This document shows positions 1-9,213 of a stretch of 64,000 nt of DNA, one piece after another; within the stretch, counting starts at the first letter, position 1, and every line of letters starts with the position of its first letter. The DNA lies in NCBI GenBank assembly GCA_038861545.1, contig JAWCCZ010000004.1:1-64000 (forward strand), written 5' to 3'. This DNA comes from Thermofilaceae archaeon. Lineage in GTDB: Archaea > Thermoproteota > Thermoprotei > Thermofilales > Thermofilaceae. Under the pieces are notes generated by a model, which worked only from the letters and a program-made list of their open reading frames with translations, was not told the origin of the DNA and made no database searches. Position numbers and translations under genes: made by a program.

Positions 1-150
1 AAGGCTGATTAAGCCATAATATTCTGCCAGCCCCACAGCTGCAACTAACTCCTGCTCCGTGCCATCGGCTGTTAAAACGCCTTCCTTAACCACTTCAAGG
101 GCAGCTGCAGGCGCGGGGAGTGGAGCCCCATAAGACAGGAGACCCGGCAC
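1..150 (-). CDS. hypothetical protein, runs off the left edge of the window
   Basis: GTG at 150 preceded by GAGGG; open frame to base 1 (VPGLLSYGAPLPAPAAALEVVKEGVLTADGTEQELV...). Not in the ORF track because it is truncated. Confidence 0.5.
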   Translation of the reverse strand, partial: MPGLLSYGAPLPAPAAALEVVKEGVLTADGTEQELVAAVGLAEYYGLISL

Positions 151-159
151 CGTTAACCC

Positions 160-324
160 TCAGCTTTTCCAGGCGATTATCACAGCTTCTTTTCCAGGCT
201 GAGCCACGTTTGCAATGTAAACATGCTCAACCCTGAACCAGTCTATGAGGAATGTCTGCGGATAGGCAATAGGTTCAAAGGCGATCTTACGATTTTCATC
301 AGCCTTTTGAAGGTAAAGCTCCAT
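160..324 (-). CDS. small hypothetical protein (5' end uncertain)
   Basis: The C-terminal part of ORF 160..735 reads as protein-like (MELYLQKADENRKIAFEPIAYPQTFLIDWF...) and ends 9 nt before the next minus-strand gene. Confidence 0.4.
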   Translation of the reverse strand: MELYLQKADENRKIAFEPIAYPQTFLIDWFRVEHVYIANVAQPGKEAVIIAWKS

Positions 325-847
325 GGTTCCTGTAAGCCTAAATATTGTTAGGCTAACGGCTGGCGTAAGCTCATTTAGCTCAACAGGGCTGAGCCTCGCA
401 ACTCCGAAGGATCTAGACGATGTTGCCAAAATATTCGAGAACTCATTCTCAGGGAGCTCTAGGTACTGGAGCCTCAGGCTTCTAAAGACCCTAGACGTGC
501 TGGTGGCCACCCTCGAGGACAAGGTTGCAGGTGCAGCGGAAATATACGCTACCAAGGTAAAGGGGTATGGAAATATGGGGGTAATAGGGTTCATAGCTGT
601 TGAAAAAGAGTATAGGCGAAGGGGGGTAGGGCGGGAGCTTCTCCTTGAGGCGGAGAAGGTATTCCGAGCAAAGAGTTGCAAATTCTCAGCTGCTAGTACA
701 AAAAAGGAAAACACTGCCTCTATTGGGCTTTTCACCAGCCTTGGCTACGCCCTGTATAAAAGGGGAAGTAAAGTTTTCGAGGACTTAGAAGCTCCCCTCT
801 ACGCCTACGAGGATGACGTCATCATGTTAAAGGACCTGAGCAGTTAA
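323..847 (+). CDS. GNAT-family N-acetyltransferase
   Basis: Acetyl-CoA motif IAVEKEYRRRGVGRELL and N..SIGLFTSLGY; start uncertain. Confidence 0.85.
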   Translation: MVPVSLNIVRLTAGVSSFSSTGLSLATPKDLDDVAKIFENSFSGSSRYWSLRLLKTLDVLVATLEDKVAGAAEIYATKVKGYGNMGVIGFIAVEKEYRRRGVGRELLLEAEKVFRAKSCKFSAASTKKENTASIGLFTSLGYALYKRGSKVFEDLEAPLYAYEDDVIMLKDLSS

Positions 848-1003
848 CTACTCAGCTTGTATTGTAAATTTTCAAACCTTTTTGGAAAAGTTAACAATTA
901 TTTTGAGTTGCTAGCCCTTTTTAGTCGGCCGGATTGGTCGGTTAACAAGCTCGAGTGGGATAAACCGACACATTAAATAAAGTGCAGCTTTCATCGTGAT
1001 CTG

Positions 1004-3133
1004 ATGCGAACTTTCAGAATTTCAGTTGAAGGACTTCAGGTTGTTATCGAGCACGGTGGTTTCCTCCTGGCTTTCGAGCCAAGAATCGCGGTGGGTGGAA
1101 GACTCGCTAAACCGCTTTCTCTGAGGAAAACTGAGAATGGCATCCTAGCGGAATATGAGTGGGGCTGCGGTTTTATCCGTTTTACAGAGTGGGGGTCTAA
1201 CACGCTTGTCGTTGAGGTAGAGGCTGAGGGGTTAAGCGAGGACGGTATATTAGCTGAACTGAAGTCGCGTCTTCAAGGCTTTGAGGACCTACTGCTTTTC
1301 CACTACACGTATGATCCGGATAAATACTTTGGAGAAGCTGAGGAACCCTATCCTTACCCCCAACTACGAGAAGCCGGCGATGTTGAGATAAGCGCATGGA
1401 GCTTTCCAATCCATAGGAAGGACTACAAGGGGCTTCCAAAGAACTTGAAAGTTTCGCAGTTATTAGCGAAAGGCGGGGAAACTTACGCTTACCTGCTCCC
1501 GATTTCTAACGCGGGGGCCCGAGGCCACATCATGTCGTTTGATGACGACTCGTTTAGCATCGTATTGAATAGAGGAGTGAAAGGAAGCTGGAGCAAAGCT
1601 TACTTATTCGCGCTGGCTGTATCGCCCAGCCCCTACGAAGCTATTGAAAGTTCATATGAAGCTTCTTTTACGGCTGTGGGTAGGGTAAACCAGTTGAGAA
1701 AGAATAAGACCCTGCCTGAGGTTTTCCGCGTCCTAGGTTGGTGCTCGTGGAACGCGTGCTGGCGCGAGCCTACGGCAGATAAAGTACTGTCAGCCTACAA
1801 GTCTCTCTTAGAAAACGGCATTAAACCGGGTTTCGTCCTTATCGATGATGGCTGGCAAGACGAAGAAGGCTCAGGTTGGCCAGGATTCAGAATACGCGGG
1901 CTGGAACCGAACCCGAACAAGTTCCCCGCCGGCTTTGCATGTGTCGTGAACCGCTTAAAAAGTATGGGTGCTCGATACGTCGGGTTATGGCACACCCTTA
2001 ACGTGCACTGGGGTGGTATCGCCAAAGAAAGTGAATTTGCCCGGACCTTCGCCGACTGCCTGATGGAGATCAACAACTACATCGTACCTAACCCGGCGAA
2101 ATCGTTTGAGATGTTCAGGAAGTGGTATGCTAGACTGAAAAGCGCCGGACTCGACTTCGTGAAAGTGGATAACCAGATGTTCGTTGGTTACGCTTATCTG
2201 GGTTGTATGGGTTTCGAAGAAGCGGCACGGGGATTACATGAGGGGTTGGAGGCAGCAGCTTACTTGAACTCCCTCGAAGTACTTAACTGCATGGCTCAGC
2301 AACCTGAAAATACTTTCAATTGGATTAGGTCAACAGTATCGAGAAACTGTGTTGACTACATCGTACCTCACAGGAAATCGAGGAATAAGTTACATCTTTA
2401 TTTCAACGCTTATAATGCGCTGTTTATGTCACAAGTGGTATGGCCTGACTGGGATATGTTTCAGAGCCACGACCCGTGGGCTTTACAGCAGGCGGTTGCA
2501 CGTGCTGTCAGTGGTGGACCTGTTTATTTAACCGATGAACCTGGAAAAACCATAGCCGGTATAGTTAAACCCTTAGCTTTCAGCGACGGTTCCTTGCCGC
2601 TTCCAGACCATCCAGCGTTTCCAACAGAAGACGTGATAATGCATGACCCCTACAATGAACAGATACCTCTGAAGATTTTCACTAGGGTAACTGTTGAGGG
2701 CTTAGGGGTATACGGCATAGTCGCGGCATTCAATGTAAACCGAGACGATGCGCCGGTGAAAGGCGAGGTAAAGCCATCAAATGCTTTGCTACCTGAGGGG
2801 AGATACTTGATATACGAGTATTTCAGTGAAGAGTTAAGGGAGGGGCGAATGGAGTTTGAACTTGAGCCCATGGGCGTTAAACTATTCATAATTGCTCCTT
2901 GTAGTCCTTGGCTAACACCTATAGGATTAAAGGATATTTATATAGCGCCACGTGGGATTGAGTGCGCCCACATATTTGATGATAAAGAGGCGGTATTTAA
3001 GTTAAGAGAAGGAGGGTTATTGGTTGCAAAAACCGCTGCTGAGGTAAAAGTAGAGGGGGGTGAAATCCTCGAGGTTGAACCATTGCTTAAATTAAGATGC
3101 CAAGAAAAAATAGTTCGACTTAGCGCGCGTTAA
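1004..3133 (+). CDS. GH36 Sip1/raffinose-synthase-like alpha-galactosidase
   Basis: Motifs LGWCSWNA, VLIDDGWQ, FVKVDNQ, PDWDMFQS, RAVSGGPVYLTD. Confidence 0.9.
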   Translation: MRTFRISVEGLQVVIEHGGFLLAFEPRIAVGGRLAKPLSLRKTENGILAEYEWGCGFIRFTEWGSNTLVVEVEAEGLSEDGILAELKSRLQGFEDLLLFHYTYDPDKYFGEAEEPYPYPQLREAGDVEISAWSFPIHRKDYKGLPKNLKVSQLLAKGGETYAYLLPISNAGARGHIMSFDDDSFSIVLNRGVKGSWSKAYLFALAVSPSPYEAIESSYEASFTAVGRVNQLRKNKTLPEVFRVLGWCSWNACWREPTADKVLSAYKSLLENGIKPGFVLIDDGWQDEEGSGWPGFRIRGLEPNPNKFPAGFACVVNRLKSMGARYVGLWHTLNVHWGGIAKESEFARTFADCLMEINNYIVPNPAKSFEMFRKWYARLKSAGLDFVKVDNQMFVGYAYLGCMGFEEAARGLHEGLEAAAYLNSLEVLNCMAQQPENTFNWIRSTVSRNCVDYIVPHRKSRNKLHLYFNAYNALFMSQVVWPDWDMFQSHDPWALQQAVARAVSGGPVYLTDEPGKTIAGIVKPLAFSDGSLPLPDHPAFPTEDVIMHDPYNEQIPLKIFTRVTVEGLGVYGIVAAFNVNRDDAPVKGEVKPSNALLPEGRYLIYEYFSEELREGRMEFELEPMGVKLFIIAPCSPWLTPIGLKDIYIAPRGIECAHIFDDKEAVFKLREGGLLVAKTAAEVKVEGGEILEVEPLLKLRCQEKIVRLSAR

Positions 3134-3287
3134 TGCATGCTGTGCTGTATGTGTTAAAGGCTACATCCATGTGTCGAAGATTAACGCTGAGGTGAAGTCA
3201 CACGGTTAAAGGTAACTTTAATGGGAAAGTAGACTGCCTTACACGGGAGCGGCATCAAATGTTTAAGTGTTCCTAATACATGATTTT

Positions 3288-5465
3288 TTAGGGGTTAATT
3301 GAATTCAGTGCTCCTGCGCTACCCTTACAAGGCACCTTAAAGCCTAGCTTAAAAACCGGGGACTCTGCCATTAGGGTAAAATTCCTAGTGTTAGTATCAA
3401 CAAACATGGGATCAGCTACAAGCGATAACAGATCATAACCCAGATTATGCCACTCGTCTAGTGTGTATACTTTACCCGTGCGCTGCTCCTTGCAGATAAT
3501 TAGCTTCCCCGTTAGGTCCCAAAACAGGTTGCGATCACTTATCACATTGCGTGTTAAGAAATCCTGAGCGTAGCCACCCAGGAATGCTGGCGACCCATTG
3601 GATAAGATTATGTTTCTCTCAAAGATTACTGCTAACTGCCCCGGTTCACCTCTACTCAGCACCACGTTGGCTTCTCCTCCAAGAGCGAAGATATTGTCTC
3701 TCACGGTATTATTCCGACCATAGTGTTGGTGGAAGCACCCGTGCGTTGTATCGTAAACTACATTGCCTTCAACCACAATATAGCTGCTACCTTCGTCAAG
3801 GTAAATCCCCCAGCCACCGTACTGGTACGCTTGTATATCGTGAATTATGTTACAGCGAATGACCGTACCTGGCTGCGCACCTAAGGTATAGATACCACCC
3901 ATATCACTGAGCAATCCCTTGCCGATGTCGTGAATATGATTGCCCTCGACTAAATTGTAGCCGGTGAAACTTTCCCCGTAGCCCCAAGTCCAACCCACCG
4001 ATATGCCAGTATAATAAAGATCATGAATCCAGTTACCAAGCACGCGGACCAGCCTAGCCTGCCCCACCCAGATCCCTACAGCGCTGTAGAAAACTCTTCC
4101 ACAGTCATGAATATGGTTGCCTAAAATGTCGATCACCTCCGTCCGCTCCCACTCATGTTTTGGCACATACTGTGTCCCTACCTTAATACCGCCAGCGCCG
4201 AGATCGTAGAGCTCGCAGTACGCTACCTTAACCCCCCTGCATCCATGCCCAACCTCCACTGCAAATCCTCCGACACTATGGATCGTGCAGTTTTCAATCA
4301 CTATATTGCGCGCCCCCTCTAAGTATATTGCACCTGGCACGTTTACCCCAGCTTGAGGCGATAAAGTATGGACCCAGTCCGCGTGCTCAAAAGTTAAGCC
4401 CCTTAAAACTATGTTCTCCACGAATTCCCCTCGCTCCGGATCACCTTTAAGTTCTAGAAGCCTCCAGACTAATCTGGGCGCGATCACCGAGCTTGTTTCC
4501 GGCTCTTCGCCCGGTTCCGGAAGGTAAAGTAGCTCGCCGCTCGATCTGTCCAGGTACCACTCACTAGATTCGGAGAGCGCTTCAAAGATATTTTCGATAT
4601 AATACCTAGGGTACCTTTCAGCAAATCCATCTCTAATAGCAAAAACTGTTTTGGAGGCCAGTTTTACAAGCTTCCTATCAAGGACAACCTCCACTACCGG
4701 TATCCTTTCCTCAACCCAAAAGTGTAGGATAACGACCTCTGTGTCTAGAAGGTTACCCCAAGCCCTTACATCGCTACTGTTGAATATAAACTCATCAGCC
4801 CCTTCGAAGAGCTGTAATTCTAAAAGCCTCCTACCGGCGTACGCGGGCACTTCGACAACCCTAAAGAAACCTTCTTTCGGCAGCCTAGCTCTAGGTCTGC
4901 GTTTACCATTCACGAAAAGCTGTTTAAAGATCCACTCTCCCTTAGCTACCTCTGGCAATCTTGTCACCCAAGCGGCTTTCCCATTGACATTGATGGTGCT
5001 GAAGCCGATTATAGTTTTGCCACCGCTGATAACTGGTCTTTCGCCCGGATAAGCCTGCCACACCACTGGGCACTCCTTACAACCAGAGTCTTCCGGCGTG
5101 AAAACCAGTGGAGATTCTAAATAATAGGTACCACCCCTAATCAACACCGTTGCAGGGCCTTTCCCAGCCTTTCTCAGCTTCCTTAACTGATCCCTCGCCG
5201 CAGCCAGAGAAGCCAATGGTCCATCGCTGCCATCCGGCAAGGGATCTGGGTATAGCCCAGACCATGAGTCGGAGCCATACTGTGACACGTAGATTATAAC
5301 TGATTCGCCGTCGCACCTGCATTCACCAGCTTTCGGATTCGCTACAGTGCGGTCAACCATATAACTGCTAAAGGGTAAATAACGGTATAAGAGAATTATT
5401 GCTATACCTGTTAACAATGCTGCTCCAAAGACCATTATTTTACTAAGCTTCATAGCAGCAACCAC
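3288..5465 (-). CDS. membrane-anchored/secreted right-handed parallel beta-helix protein, GH141-like glycoside hydrolase
   Basis: N-terminal hydrophobic helix; IYVS..GSD..SG start; repeated NxIHD turns; DMGGIYTLG and GIYLDEGSS motifs. Confidence 0.75.
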   Translation of the reverse strand: MVAAMKLSKIMVFGAALLTGIAIILLYRYLPFSSYMVDRTVANPKAGECRCDGESVIIYVSQYGSDSWSGLYPDPLPDGSDGPLASLAAARDQLRKLRKAGKGPATVLIRGGTYYLESPLVFTPEDSGCKECPVVWQAYPGERPVISGGKTIIGFSTINVNGKAAWVTRLPEVAKGEWIFKQLFVNGKRRPRARLPKEGFFRVVEVPAYAGRRLLELQLFEGADEFIFNSSDVRAWGNLLDTEVVILHFWVEERIPVVEVVLDRKLVKLASKTVFAIRDGFAERYPRYYIENIFEALSESSEWYLDRSSGELLYLPEPGEEPETSSVIAPRLVWRLLELKGDPERGEFVENIVLRGLTFEHADWVHTLSPQAGVNVPGAIYLEGARNIVIENCTIHSVGGFAVEVGHGCRGVKVAYCELYDLGAGGIKVGTQYVPKHEWERTEVIDILGNHIHDCGRVFYSAVGIWVGQARLVRVLGNWIHDLYYTGISVGWTWGYGESFTGYNLVEGNHIHDIGKGLLSDMGGIYTLGAQPGTVIRCNIIHDIQAYQYGGWGIYLDEGSSYIVVEGNVVYDTTHGCFHQHYGRNNTVRDNIFALGGEANVVLSRGEPGQLAVIFERNIILSNGSPAFLGGYAQDFLTRNVISDRNLFWDLTGKLIICKEQRTGKVYTLDEWHNLGYDLLSLVADPMFVDTNTRNFTLMAESPVFKLGFKVPCKGSAGALNSINP

Positions 5466-5693
5466 GCTAGTGTATTTATCTCTTAAAATTATTAATATTA
5501 AATTTCCAATACACTGAAAAAGCCTTTAGAAAACTCTGTAGAGGTGAATAATAGTAGGGCAGGATTTCGTATAATATTCATTGAGTACATGGTTGAATAT
5601 TGGAATCAAGAGCTCCGGAAACGCCAACTTCAGTATGACGCGCCAGAATCTCACTATTCGAAAGCGTTATATTTGGTCGCCTATTTTAATAGT

Positions 5694-6161
5694 ATGACTA
5701 TTTCGGGGAAAATCCTTACTCAGCCACCGAGAATAAAGGTTCTAGAGGCGCTTGGATCTATAGCGGACGGCCGTGTTAGGTTAATTGACTCGGATAGAGC
5801 TAGTGTTGAGTCGTCTACAGGGGAACGCGCCTATACAGTGTACGTGAATATGGAAAAAGGTGTAGCATTCAGTGACGATAATGGTACAAAGTTTAGAGGT
5901 TACATCGGCTATCCTATAATAGCTGTCTTAATGCTTAAAGGAGTTTTACCATTTGACGAGCGTTTAGCTAAGGCTTTGACCGGTATACCATGGAAGGAGT
6001 TAAATGAACAATATAAACGGTATGCGATCGTTGAGGAGCTTGTAAAAAGAGAGGCGGAGAAGAGAGGGGCAATCCCAAAAGAAGTTGATAGCTTCGTAAA
6101 ACGAGTTATGGACCGCTTGTCACAGATCCAGCTTCGATATATGCCTGCTCCAGAAGCTTGA
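5694..6161 (+). CDS. conserved hypothetical protein
   Basis: ATG at 5694 is in frame with ORF 5544..6161; PPRIKVLEALGSIADGRV and SDDNGT...GYIGYPIIA look like a conserved family. Confidence 0.7.
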   Translation: MTISGKILTQPPRIKVLEALGSIADGRVRLIDSDRASVESSTGERAYTVYVNMEKGVAFSDDNGTKFRGYIGYPIIAVLMLKGVLPFDERLAKALTGIPWKELNEQYKRYAIVEELVKREAEKRGAIPKEVDSFVKRVMDRLSQIQLRYMPAPEA

Positions 6162-6336
6162 GGAGTTCGCCAGCATTCTTCTTGGGGATCGCTATCTTAT
6201 ATTTAGCCAAGGGCCAGTAGCCGTCTTTAACCATAACTCGGCCCCCAAGCTCATTTACTATTCTAATAAAGTTAGCATAAGATAACTTGGAATGGTCAAC
6301 CTCAACTTCTATCAGCGTCCCCCTAACAGGCTTCAT
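6106..6336 (-). CDS. small hypothetical protein (ferredoxin-like/ACT-like pattern)
   Basis: 76-aa ORF with typical composition; TTTTAA box ~30 nt upstream; 56-bp convergent overlap with the previous gene. Confidence 0.65.
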   Translation of the reverse strand: MKPVRGTLIEVEVDHSKLSYANFIRIVNELGGRVMVKDGYWPLAKYKIAIPKKNAGELLKLLEQAYIEAGSVTSGP

Positions 6337-6454
6337 GTAAGGTTCGTCTAAAATAGTTAAAGGGGTTAAAATAAGTATACCGTAGTATCAGCGCCAGTTG
6401 CGAAGTTCTTCAGAAAAAACCAAAACAAATAACCGTAAATAAGAGCCTGAAGCC

Positions 6455-6736
6455 TTATAATAAATATACCGCGGCTGCAGTGCCAATCGCTTGCCCCGGA
6501 AGAGGATTGTCAAATTTTGCGATAACTTTCCCCCTATTCCCGTGAACTCTCACTATTTTTCCGCTTATTTCTAGCTTCTTGTTCAGATCCATCCACACAA
6601 CTTTCTTGCCTATCAGCCTCGCCGCACTGCCCTTGCTATCAACACCCTCTACTTCTAAAATAACGTACCTCTCGTTCTGCATTCCGGAATCCCTTTTGTA
6701 ACTTAACACGTATGCTTTCAAGAACCCGCCTTCCAC
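6455..6736 (-). CDS. rpl35ae: 50S ribosomal protein L35Ae
   Basis: ILEVEGVDSK..AARLIGKKVVW...GKIVRVHGNRGKVIAKFDNPLPGQAIG. Confidence 0.95.
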   Translation of the reverse strand: MEGGFLKAYVLSYKRDSGMQNERYVILEVEGVDSKGSAARLIGKKVVWMDLNKKLEISGKIVRVHGNRGKVIAKFDNPLPGQAIGTAAAVYLL

Positions 6737-6796
6737 GGTTAAGCCCTTATAGACAGGGATTGAAACATTTTTCTGTCGGATTTTAACTAGAAAAAT

Positions 6797-7198
6797 ATGA
6801 GTGAGAGTAAGTGCGCCCGGGTGACAGTTACTATCCCAAGAGAGCTACTGGACGAACTTAACAGGCTTTCATTAAAATTTTTCAAGAGTAGGAGCCACGC
6901 TGTGGCTGAGGCTATAAGGCGACTGGCAGCAGATTTCTCGAGGGAACCAGAGGGGAAAGTCGTGGGAGTAATCACATACCTTTATGCAAGCCATCACGCC
7001 TCGGAGAATCTTAGAGAACTGGGGCATAAATATATTGACGTGGTCGCGTCCACGCTTCACATCCACGCAAGTGGCGAAGAATGCCTAGAGGTTGCAGTGG
7101 TTAAAGGGTCAGCGGAAAAAGTAAGAGAATTCGCGGGAGAGCTTAGTAAGGTATCTGGTATTAAACGGTTTTCAATTACCCTTGCACAGATTAGGTAG
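6797..7198 (+). CDS. nikR: NikR-family nickel-responsive regulator
   Basis: N-terminal RHH (RVTVTIPRELLDEL...SRSHAVAEAIR); Ni ligands H...STLHIH...C in the C-terminal domain. Confidence 0.9.
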   Translation: MSESKCARVTVTIPRELLDELNRLSLKFFKSRSHAVAEAIRRLAADFSREPEGKVVGVITYLYASHHASENLRELGHKYIDVVASTLHIHASGEECLEVAVVKGSAEKVREFAGELSKVSGIKRFSITLAQIR

Positions 7199-7871
7199 GA
7201 GCTTCACTGAGTATCTGAAGTGCATGCGATGTTCCAATTCTAGAGGCACCTGCTCTTAGGAACTCGATTGCTCTGGAGTAGCTGGAAATACCGCCCGCTG
7301 CCTTCACTTTAGCTTTCTTAACTGTACTCGTGATGAGCCTTACGTCCTCCAAGGTGGCTCCTCTGGGACCGAACCCGGTGCAAGTTTTCACGAAATCTGC
7401 TCCCGCTTCCTCGACAAGCTTGCTCGCGGAAACTATCTCCTCGGGAGTTAAGTACCCAGTTTCGATTATCACCTTCACTACCACATTCACGCCCCTAGCC
7501 TCCCCCGCTCGCTTCGCCGCTTCTGTAACTTCCTCCACGTCTCTTTCAACGGCTTCGTAGGCACCTGACTTGAAAAGCGGTATATTTATGACAAAATCCA
7601 CTTCTTCCGCACCATGGCTTACTGCTAGCTCAGCTTCCCTAATTTTAACTTCTGTGAGACTAGCACCGAAGGGGAAAGCTATTACAGCGCATACTTTACT
7701 TTTACCGCCTTTAAGCAACTCAGCAGATTTTTTCACGAAAGGCGGTAAAACACATAAAGTACCAATATGGTTTTCGAGGACTTGTTTGCATGCTTCCTCA
7801 ATATCCCGATAAGTATTAGTTGGCTTAAGAACCGCGTAATCCAGTACCTTCGCTACTTCAATCCGATTCAT
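7191..7871 (-). CDS. deoC: deoxyribose-phosphate aldolase
   Basis: VIAFPFG, GAEEVDFV, KVIIETG, DFVKTCTGF, VKAAGGI, RIGTS. Confidence 0.95.
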   Translation of the reverse strand: MNRIEVAKVLDYAVLKPTNTYRDIEEACKQVLENHIGTLCVLPPFVKKSAELLKGGKSKVCAVIAFPFGASLTEVKIREAELAVSHGAEEVDFVINIPLFKSGAYEAVERDVEEVTEAAKRAGEARGVNVVVKVIIETGYLTPEEIVSASKLVEEAGADFVKTCTGFGPRGATLEDVRLITSTVKKAKVKAAGGISSYSRAIEFLRAGASRIGTSHALQILSEAPT

Positions 7872-8178
7872 AGATTTCTATATGTGAACACCGATTAAAG
7901 TTATTTCTATTGGTTCGCCAGCCTGGTGCACTTACCACAATGGGTATGGAGTGATTCTGCTTAAACTCCTTTAACTCGCATGGCTCAGGTTCTTCTATTA
8001 TGATGAATGATGTGTTTAGTTCCGAAAGATGCTTCATACATTGCCCAGTAATTTCTAACGTATCGGCTCCTAGTTTACTATACAAACAGGTGAACCTATT
8101 TGAGCCTATTACAATAACTCTGTTTTTAATATCCCGCTCTGGAGTAAAAGTCCATGAGGATCTTTTCATAGAGTTCAT
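7858..8178 (-). CDS. hypothetical protein resembling a diverged A/V-ATPase subunit F
   Basis: RVIVIGS...LGA...FIIIEE...IPIVVSAPG pattern; fills the gap between creatininase and deoC; start uncertain. Confidence 0.45.
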   Translation of the reverse strand: MNSMKRSSWTFTPERDIKNRVIVIGSNRFTCLYSKLGADTLEITGQCMKHLSELNTSFIIIEEPEPCELKEFKQNHSIPIVVSAPGWRTNRNNFNRCSHIEIYESD

Positions 8179-8920
8179 CGTTCCTCACCTTATTGATAAC
8201 TTCTGTTACCATTTTCAGGAGCTCATTAAAGAGCATTTCACCTTTTTGTTTACTTGCCGCTCTTGGATCGCCAACGTAGCCTTCCACTGCATAGACCACC
8301 CAGTCCACCATAGTCTCCAAGTGCTCTATTAACTGCTCCCTTCCTAGGCCCAGATTAGCTGGCCGACTAACACGCTCGAGCTTGCATAGCTCGGGAAAAA
8401 GATAAAGACCGAAACTGGTCTCGATCTCACAAGCATGCCCGATTTGTCCTGTCTCCCTAACTTTTTCGATCAACTCGTGTAAACCGCTCCACGGATCCAC
8501 CCATGCGTAGAGTAGGTAGGGTTTACCCTTCTCCTGCATCTCTCTTACGAAAAGGGAGAGAAGCTTGCTGTTCCCGCCGTGTCCGTTGAAGATCAGGATT
8601 CGCTTGAACCCGTTCCTGTACACCTCGTCGCAAATCTCTTCTAACATTTTAATGACAGTTAAGCCGCTCATCGATATGGTACCAGGGAAGTTCCGGTTCT
8701 CCGGAACATACACGTAAAAAAGAGGGGGTAACACAACGCAGGGTTGAGACCTCCTAGCTGCCTCCACTGCGATTCGGTAAGCTACCAGGGTATCGGTTCC
8801 TAGAGGCATGTGCGGCCCATGGACTTCGAGGGAACCTAAGGGTAGTATAACTACCGTTTTATCCTTGTTTATAGAAGCTAAATCCTGATATGTTAGTTTA
8901 GCCCACTCGACTTCGCTCAC
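8126..8920 (-). CDS. creatininase-family amidohydrolase
   Basis: LPLGSLEVHGPHMPLGTD, NGHGGN, GHACEIETS. Confidence 0.92.
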   Translation of the reverse strand: MSEVEWAKLTYQDLASINKDKTVVILPLGSLEVHGPHMPLGTDTLVAYRIAVEAARRSQPCVVLPPLFYVYVPENRNFPGTISMSGLTVIKMLEEICDEVYRNGFKRILIFNGHGGNSKLLSLFVREMQEKGKPYLLYAWVDPWSGLHELIEKVRETGQIGHACEIETSFGLYLFPELCKLERVSRPANLGLGREQLIEHLETMVDWVVYAVEGYVGDPRAASKQKGEMLFNELLKMVTEVINKVRNDELYEKILMDFYSRAGY

Positions 8921-8963
8921 GAAATGTAATCCTATCTACTGTACTTATGCTTTGCTTCACGCG

Positions 8964-9176
8964 CTACTCGGTTAACTTGAAAGCTATTCTTTTCTTAGCT
9001 CCCTCAACGATTTCCACTTTCCCCTCTCTTCCAAGCCAACCCAGAGCCCCGTAAGCATCGGTGAGTTTAATACCGGCTTTCGTTGCAATTTCTTTAATTG
9101 TTAAAGGCTTCCCAGCATCCTTTAATGCTTTCCAAACTTTACCCGCGTTAACACCAAAATATTCTTCAGGTTTCAT
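8964..9176 (-). CDS. small winged helix-turn-helix protein (DUF2582-like)
   Basis: GVNAGKVWKAL...ALGWLGREGKV. Confidence 0.8.
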   Translation of the reverse strand: MKPEEYFGVNAGKVWKALKDAGKPLTIKEIATKAGIKLTDAYGALGWLGREGKVEIVEGAKKRIAFKLTE

Positions 9177-9213
9177 CGAAAGTAATGTAAAAATTTAAAG
9201 TTTAAAAATATAT

